From the NCBI GenBank assembly GCA_951406725.2, contig OX597819.1:64728001-64792000 (forward strand): DNA of 64,000 nucleotides, in the 5' to 3' direction. The notes under the pieces are model-generated. The model saw only the letters and a list, made by a program, of their open reading frames with translations, ran no database searches and was not told the DNA's origin. Source of the DNA: Octopus vulgaris. Taxonomy: Eukaryota. A program made the translations under genes and the position numbers. Of the stretch, positions 56,292-64,000 are shown one piece after another; the first letter of the stretch is position 1; every line of letters starts with the position of its first letter.

Positions 56292-56878
56292 ATATCTATC
56301 TATCTATATTTATATATATATATACATACACACATACATATATATGTAATTTATATATATTCATATATATGTAATTTATATATATATGTATATATATATA
56401 TACATACACACATACATATATATGTAATTTTGTGTGGATATGTATATATATATATATATATATGTATATACATCCACACGTATGTAAGTGTAGATTTATA
56501 CGCGCGTGTGTGTGTGTGTGTGAGTGTGTGTGTGCGTTTATGTGCGCGCGCGCGTATGTATACATCAATATACATCTATATTCGTTGGCATCTGGACGTA
56601 GTTGCTGTGTACTTTTACTTAGACAATCAATGATTGGCAATATATGAAAGTAGCCATTGATATAGTTTCGAAAACGCTACGAAATTTTATTTGTAATGAA
56701 AAACGTAGGGAGATATGTATGAATAAGTGCCATGGTAGAAAATAGAGACACGTGAGCATGTACACACACATGCACACATTCATAAGAAAATGAAGATATA
56801 TTAAGTTACAAATGAACTTTAGTGTGCCGCATGTACTTTGAAGATTTATCTAATAAGATTTCTGAAGCTTCTGCGCCA

Positions 56879-57000
<122 letters not shown>

Positions 57001-58035
57001 ATATATATGTATATATATGCATGTATGATGTATATATGTATATATGCATGTACGTACTAATATATATATATATATATATATGCCGTGCGAAAATACGATT
57101 CGCGGATAGTAGAAGTAGCAGCACTAATAACGATAGTATCAACCAAAATAGCTCAGCGAGTAGTAGCAAGAATAATCATAGTAACATCACACACTGCTCC
57201 GAAAATAACCCCACCAAACACGACACTAACCAGACGCACAACGTTCAAAACCAGCATTGAAATACCCTAAAACACCAAAATAAGGCAAATAGGTACACGA
57301 GAACGAATAATGAGTAGCAACAGACAACACACCATCACAAACAGAGGGGACCTCAAAACTCCAGCGCCACTCTACACTCGAAATGATTAACCTATTGGAA
57401 AATACAAGAACCATCATGTTCGCAGGTTCAACAGTGTGTGAGGCCTGAAAATCTCATTCAGAGTTGGGAAATAGTTCTACGTTGCCCTAAAAAGAGCACA
57501 TACGTTAAGCTATTCCACTGGCATATTCTGAAAATGTCATATGCGGATTTATTGAATATGGAATGCCAGATTCATAAAATTAACAGCCGGAAGGTAAGGT
57601 AAAGTGGAGGTAGCATCGAATATAGGTACCCCTAAAATTGGTGGAGATACATATAACAACCCCAGTGACTGAGTAAGTACTAACTACAGAACGCATCAAA
57701 CTAACAATAACTCGAACAATAACACTAACCAACGACCGTACAGGTACCGGCTGTACACACGCAAACGAAAAAAAAGAACTGACAATCTATACTTCTGTAG
57801 GGACTGTCCAGAATGTTCGATGGGTAACCAGTGCAAGATCCGACATGTGTACAAGTGCACGGCAAATACTAGTGAAGGTCCCTTAACAATATAACAATCG
57901 CGTCAGTGTGTGTGTGGGTAGCACGGGGTGGGGTATTATGCGTCTGTGCTTACGCGCAAGTATGAGCATGTATGTGAAATTGTTTTCGTTCCAACACATG
58001 ATCTCAGATCAGATCACTTGCTATGCAAATACATG

Positions 58036-58094
<59 letters not shown>

Positions 58095-58100
<6 letters not shown>

Positions 58101-58303
58101 ATGATAAACGTACGAAATTTACTGCAAAAACCTATATTTAATTCTTCTTTACCTTCTTTACATACATACATACATGCATTTATACGTATGTATGTATGTA
58201 TGTATGTATGTATGTATGTATGTATGTTTGTACGTATGTATGTAAGTAAGGAAGCATTAAATATAGGCCTTTGCGGTCATTTTGGTACGTTTATCATTCA
58301 ATT
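58095..58303. repeat. Diverged foldback duplicating a transposon end plus its flank
   Basis: aatgataaacgtac..cctatatttaat.cttc.ttac..catacatac is mirrored by gtatgtatgtaagtaaggaagcattaaatatagg..gtacgtttatcatt. Confidence 0.8.
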
Positions 58304-60177
58304 TGATAATCGGGTCATGCAACGTCGGGGAAAAAATTAGCGCCATAAAGTTAGTCTTTAAATTTCGTTTCGGAGCAATCTATTTAACATTTCGATCAAT
58401 CAAATTAGCACGATTGCTGTTTTGGTCATTGTTTTCATAATCATGTGTTTTCATCTATTGTTTATGCTTTAAGCACTCTATCCCGCCCATGTCTTTTCTA
58501 CGTGTTCTTTTATTTTTTCATAGGTACATATATTTATTGCAAAACACTTTATGAAATAGTATTCCAGCCTTTTCCATCTTGTAAAATAAACTCACAATTA
58601 CAACAAATGCTCTTTGAGTTTGAATATATTATGTTATGATGTGTTCTTTTTTTGCATAATATGCCTTGTTGCGAAAGGTATATATTTCGTTGATTTTGTA
58701 TTTTTTTTTCTTTTTTCGGGGAAAGGGTGCTATGTACACTAAGATAATTATTGATTTACAATCTTGATAATGAGACTTTGAGAGGATTTAGTCCTCTATT
58801 TCCTGGCGGTCGAGGCATCTCGGGTGGTAGATCTGGGTGTGTCTATACCAACAAACACAATTTTCGGGAGTGATAGGGTCGGTGTTATGCCTTGCGACCT
58901 GTTGTATGACTTGTGCTCGTTGTTCTTCCATGGTCATGGCGGATTCTGCTGCAGTTGCCCAGTCGCAAAACCTTTGCTGCAACTCAGCTGGATCGCCGTC
59001 CCGCTTGACAGCCGCCTTAGTAACGGGATGCGCCATTTCCGTACAATTAAGAAACAGCGAGTAGGTAGGAAGGATTTCTAAACTGATCCGTGGGTCGGCG
59101 TCAACTGAGAGTTCGACACAAACATGTAGCCTCGAGTTGCCCTAGATCAAGTAGACGGATTCATCAACTTGGAACATGTTGGTATATGATCGAACTCGGC
59201 GAAGAGAAACGCCCCAAGGAGGTCATCCAAAAGACCGCCTGATCCAAATTTTGTACCGACGTCCATCAAGGAATACGCAATGGCCGACGACTTCCTCTTC
59301 CATGTACCAATGCGCGTAATCATAATTCCAGAGCCCTTGGTGCATTTCTTGCATCTGGGTCGTCTTCGGCCAACTTCCTAATTATCAAACTCCCATTTAC
59401 AGCCCGTGAGATTGCAGACACGGAAACAGGTAACTTTGCAGGCAATGCTACCTCTAATTCCCTATTCATCTGTTGAAAGATTGCCATTGGGTTGGCATCA
59501 ACATCACGGGATGCCTGGCTCGCATTTCTTCATCGCATTCACGTGTTGGGAACCTCTTCTGGGCTACATGTGTCGACTCTCAGACCGTAGGTAGGTCGCT
59601 AATATGGATCAAGCACTTCTCCTGTTAATGCCAAGTGTGTCTGCGAGTTGCAGGTAATTGGCTTGATACTCTTCGAAGGCATCAATCAGCCCTATCTTCG
59701 TCCGATATACGTATGTACCTTACCAGTGGTTCCATTATTACAACGTGGCGTAAGGGAAAGTAATATAAAATACAACTGATACGAATTTTGCAATGAAAAA
59801 TACTTTCGTGGGCAGATGAATCACAAAACATGTCATTTAAATTTGTCATTTTAAACATTCATTTCTTAGAATATTAGTAAAAATACAGATGTAAAATTAG
59901 TGCTAAATTGAATAAACATTCCAAACTCGAACGATCACTGGCGAATTAGAATGCTCGAAATACGCTTTTTTGCGTTTCCACTAATTTGAATACTGTCGAC
60001 GGGCATTTTAATTTCAATGATGTAAATACTAAATTCTTTGATCAAAGTGCGAAACTGAATGATCGGAAAACGAATTTGAATAACTAACGATATGGCGCTA
60101 ATTCTGTACGCAACTGTTCAATGATCCGATTATTAAACTGAATGACAAACGTACGAAAGTGACTGCAAAAACCTATG
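58262..60177 (-). mobile_element. IS630/Tc1-like DNA transposon relic with ~150-bp TIRs
   Basis: 58262-58410 is the reverse complement of ~60028-60177 (tagg..tttgc.gtca..gtacgttt.tcattca..aattagcgccata). Transposase relic inside. Confidence 0.85.
58788..59710 (-). pseudogene. Decayed DDE transposase resembling DD37E/DD38E-type Tc1 relatives
   Basis: ISDEDR..LADTLGINRRSA (HTH); VFLDGRRYKIWIRRSFG (D1); VYLI*GNSRLH (D2 position); LPTYSLFLNCTEMAH (LPxYSPFLNxxE); C-terminal CVCWYRH..YHPRCL. Confidence 0.75.
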
Positions 60178-61511
60178 TATACGTGTGTTCGTGCTTTACA
60201 GTATTGAATATGCACGTATATAGACGGGTTCATTTTGCATGAAAAGCCTCGAGCGAACTGATCGATCGGCTCCATTCTTATAAATGTGATTCTACACGTT
60301 GTCTCAACTAATTTTCTTGCTAAACATTTATTGTCATATATTTACAATCAGCCATTCCGTTATTGCTACACATATACACATGTAAAATTACGGCGAGAGA
60401 TACAGTGAGAGAGAGGGAGAGATAGAGAGAGGGAGAGGGAGGAAGTGCGAGAGAGAGGAAGTGCGAGGGAGAGGCAGACAGACAGACAGAGACGAATGAG
60501 ATACAACATCGCACATTACATAAACAAATGTGATATTTAATCTAAAGTTAATTGATTTTTAATTCAGAGTTAATTGCAGCACTTATATTCTAACACTAAT
60601 ACTATTAACATCAATATCTGAGAAATGCGTACGAACTTCTTCAGTGATGTCGGAAATCAATATATCTTCAATATATATTTCACACCAGTAACAATATATT
60701 AATGGCAGAATTCTGATTCTAACAAATGGAGAAAACTTATCGAGACTACAATCAAATATGTAAATATTGCTGATGACGACATTTCAACCAGAGTCACCGA
60801 ACGTTAATTTAATTATTCAAAATACACAACCCGCTGTCATTACGATGTCCCTTTTCCATAAATGTATGTATATATGTATAGATTTATGCATGTGTGTATG
60901 TATGTATGTATGTATGTGTGTGAGCGTGTGTGTGTGTGCATTTGTGCATGTGTATTTATATATACAAATATGTATATTTGTGCGTGTGTATATATAATGA
61001 ACATTTCGCATTTTGTAATTAAAATCGTTAATCAGTCAGCGAGTAGATTCATCAGGCAATCCTATTTCATGATTATACATGTAGATATGGTGGATATAGC
61101 AGCGACATTTGCTTTGTATTTTTTTAAAAAAGATAATGCTCTTTTCAAATCAGCATTATCTCATATAATTAATTTCTGCCAACAAATAAGTACAGCGTAA
61201 ATATATGAACTTAAAATTTTTATCCTTCATTAAAGTAGATCTAATCAGTTGTGCATATAAATAATTCTTGAAAGATTAAGGATATTAATTATTGCAGATT
61301 CATTTACCGAAGATGAACATCGGTGTTACGAACATCTATGTTGCACAGACGTTTGAGATCAATTGCACACAAATAATTTCAATGAACAATTGATCAAGCA
61401 ATGAGAAGAGGAGTGTTTTCTGAATGTCGAGTCGGATATGTCTGTCTAGTGAGTCGTATCTGCAATAATGTGGGAAACGCAAGAATTAGTTGGAATAATG
61501 AGATATATTTA

Positions 61512-62670
61512 GGCGGCGAGCTGGCAGAAACATTAGCACGCCGGGCGAAATGCGTAGCCGTATTTCGTCTGCCGCTACGTTCTGAGTTCAAATTCCGCCG
61601 AGGTCGACTTTCATTTTCATCGTTTCGGGGTCGATAAATTAAGTGCCAGTTACGCACTGGGGTCGATATAATCGACTTAATCCGTTTGTCTGTCCTTGTT
61701 TGTCCTCTCTGTGTATAGCCCCTTGTGGGTAGTAATGAAATAGGTATTGCGTCTGTCTTTACGTTCTGAGTTTAAAATTCCGCCGAGGTCGACTTTGCCT
61801 CTCATCCTCCCAGGGGTCGATAAATTAAGTACCATTTATACAGTGGAGTCGATGTAATCGACTTAATCCGTTTGTCTGTCCTTGTTTCTTCCCTCTATGG
61901 TAGCACCTTGTGGCAATAAAGAAATAAGAAACGTTAGCATGCAGAGCGAAATGCTTAACAGTGATTCGTATGGCGTAATTATTTTTTGCCAACATAATAT
62001 GGTAGACCTGGTTTAGGACGAATGTTGCTGTAGTTTAGCCCCAGAAGACATCGTCTCTAGTTGGCTATACGACAGGATATAGATTCCCATGTTCGAAAAT
62101 ATAAGGACACAGATCCCGTCGTATAGCCAACTGCAGACGATGTCTCCTGGCGCTAAATTACAACAACATTCGTCCTAAACCAAGACTGCCATGTTATGTT
62201 GGAAAAAACTATTTACCCCAAAGTACTGTTGTTGAATATGTCTCGTTGTGAGATTCAAAACTAGTAATTTTCTAGTAATCCATTTGTCTTTATGTTCTGA
62301 GTCCAAATTCCGTCGAGGCCGACTTTGTCTTTCATCCTTTCGAGGTCGATAAACTATGTACTAGTAGCGTACTAATCGACAGGCCCATCCCCCCAAAATT
62401 TCGGGCCTTGTGCCTAGAGTAGAAAAGAAAGTGAGAAAAGCAAGAAATAGAAATTTCTGTAAGAGGTGAGATGGCAGAAATGTTAGCACGCCAGGCGAAC
62501 TTAGTGGTATTTCGTCTGTCTTTATGTTCTGAGTTCAAACTCCGGCGAGGTCTACCTTGCCTTTTATATCATTTAGGGGTCGATAAATTAAGTACTAATT
62601 GCGTACTGGAGTCGAACTAACTGACTGGCCCCTTCCTCCAAAATTGTTGGTGTTGTACCTAGAGTAGGAA
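61512..62670 (+). mobile_element. Tandem array of SINE family A units, one interrupted by a foldback MITE
   Basis: Heads at 61512, ~61930 and 62462; bodies at ~61580, 61765, 62295 and 62525. Confidence 0.9.
61971..62260. mobile_element. Foldback MITE (family H1), copy 2
   Basis: 61971-62220 is a hairpin (ggtttaggacgaatgttg / caacattcgtcctaaacc). It also shares the right extension aaagtact.ttg.tgaatat with copy 1. Confidence 0.85.
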
Positions 62671-62865
62671 ACAATAATTAGATTTTTTTTTTAAAGAAAT
62701 ATTTTTTGAAAGCTTAAGCTTTCCTAAGGAGAAAGTGACTTACTTTTACATCGTGTTTATACAAAAGTAATACACTCTAATATAAATGGTTCCTTAATGA
62801 CTGAATTTCAAAATTTTGTTCCCATTTATTTTTATCTGTTACACATGTCAGTAATTACACTACAC

Positions 62866-63034
<169 letters not shown>

Positions 63035-63090
63035 ATATATATATGTGTGTATATATATATGTGTATATATATGTATATATATATATATAG

Positions 63091-63852
63091 GTGTATATTG
63101 GCAGGGCTTACTGCTAGGGAGTCGGCCGTATGCTAGAAATAGACCATCAACGGTCAAACTACAAGGAAATTCTCTAGGGGGAAAATTACTGCGAACACCA
63201 GAACCAACAGTCAGAGAAAATTCTAATATATGACTCCTCAGATTTTTGTATGCTGGACTACTGGTTTTAAATTGATATTAAAATTAATATTAATTTATCT
63301 CCCTCATTATTTAAATATTGAAATAAATACGTTCTCTAGTACTAAGTACGAACAGCAGTGAATTATTTACTGCAGCCCTTCGCCTCAGAAATTTATTAGC
63401 GCGCCAGAATCAAGACATTTGAGATTTTATCACTAGTGTAATCGGTAAAGCTACACACGTGTCTGTACTGGCACGAAAGCTGGGGTTAGCTTTTCCGCTT
63501 ACATTACTATGAACGGATGCACTGAATAAGCACGGACACTTGGATTGCATTAGTAATTCTCTTGTTAAGGCTGAAACCGAGGTATGCATTTAATTCTGTT
63601 TTTTATATAAATTTTCATCTGTCATGCCCGCCAAAGTTGGTTCTGGTGTTCGCAGTAATTTTCCCCCTAGAGAATTTCCTTGTAGTTTGACCGTTGATGC
63701 TCTATTTCTAGCATACGGCCGACTCCCTAGCAGTAAGCCCTGCCAATATACACATATATTAGAATTTTCTCTGACTCCTCAGATTTTTGTATGCTGGACT
63801 ACTGGTTTTAAATTGATATTAAAATTAATATTAATTTATCTCCCTCATTATT

Positions 63853-63859
<7 letters not shown>
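63091..63859. repeat. Complex local rearrangement A+ B+ C D A- B- C between two long (TA)n tracts
   Basis: A 63091-63208 is inverted at 63636-63753 (one mismatch seen). B 63209-63231 is inverted at 63754-63776. C 63231-63318 is directly repeated at 63772-63859. Confidence 0.95.
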
Positions 63860-63947
<88 letters not shown>

Positions 63948-64000
63948 GTATATATATGTATGTGTATATATATATGTGTATATATATATATGTATATATA

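Overview
AT-rich, microsatellite-saturated eukaryotic DNA. I find no credible host protein-coding exon: almost all ORFs in the track are translations of (TA)n, (CA)n, (TTA)n, (CAT)n or (CTT)n. The SINE set looks like that of a coleoid cephalopod, probably Octopus. That is an inference from recalled repeat types, not a database match. The window reads as an intron or gene desert filled with decayed transposons. These include a full-length IR/DR Tc1 (DD34E) with a broken transposase, mariner DD34D and DD41D-like relics, an IS630/Tc1-like relic, a non-autonomous Helitron and several foldback MITEs. It also holds CR1-like and R4/Dong (REL-endonuclease) LINE fragments, the latter beside TAA tracts, at least five SINE families, and Penelope-like (PLE) ends. 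The most notable signal is a PLE GIY-YIG C-terminus followed directly by a tRNA-like Pol III promoter unit and then a hammerhead-ribozyme relic (49820-50413). Up to six minimal type-I hammerhead motifs occur in unrelated repeat ends, only one with a fully canonical core. Locally templated inverted duplications anchored on (TA)n tracts recur three times. All calls were made by eye and boundaries are approximate.
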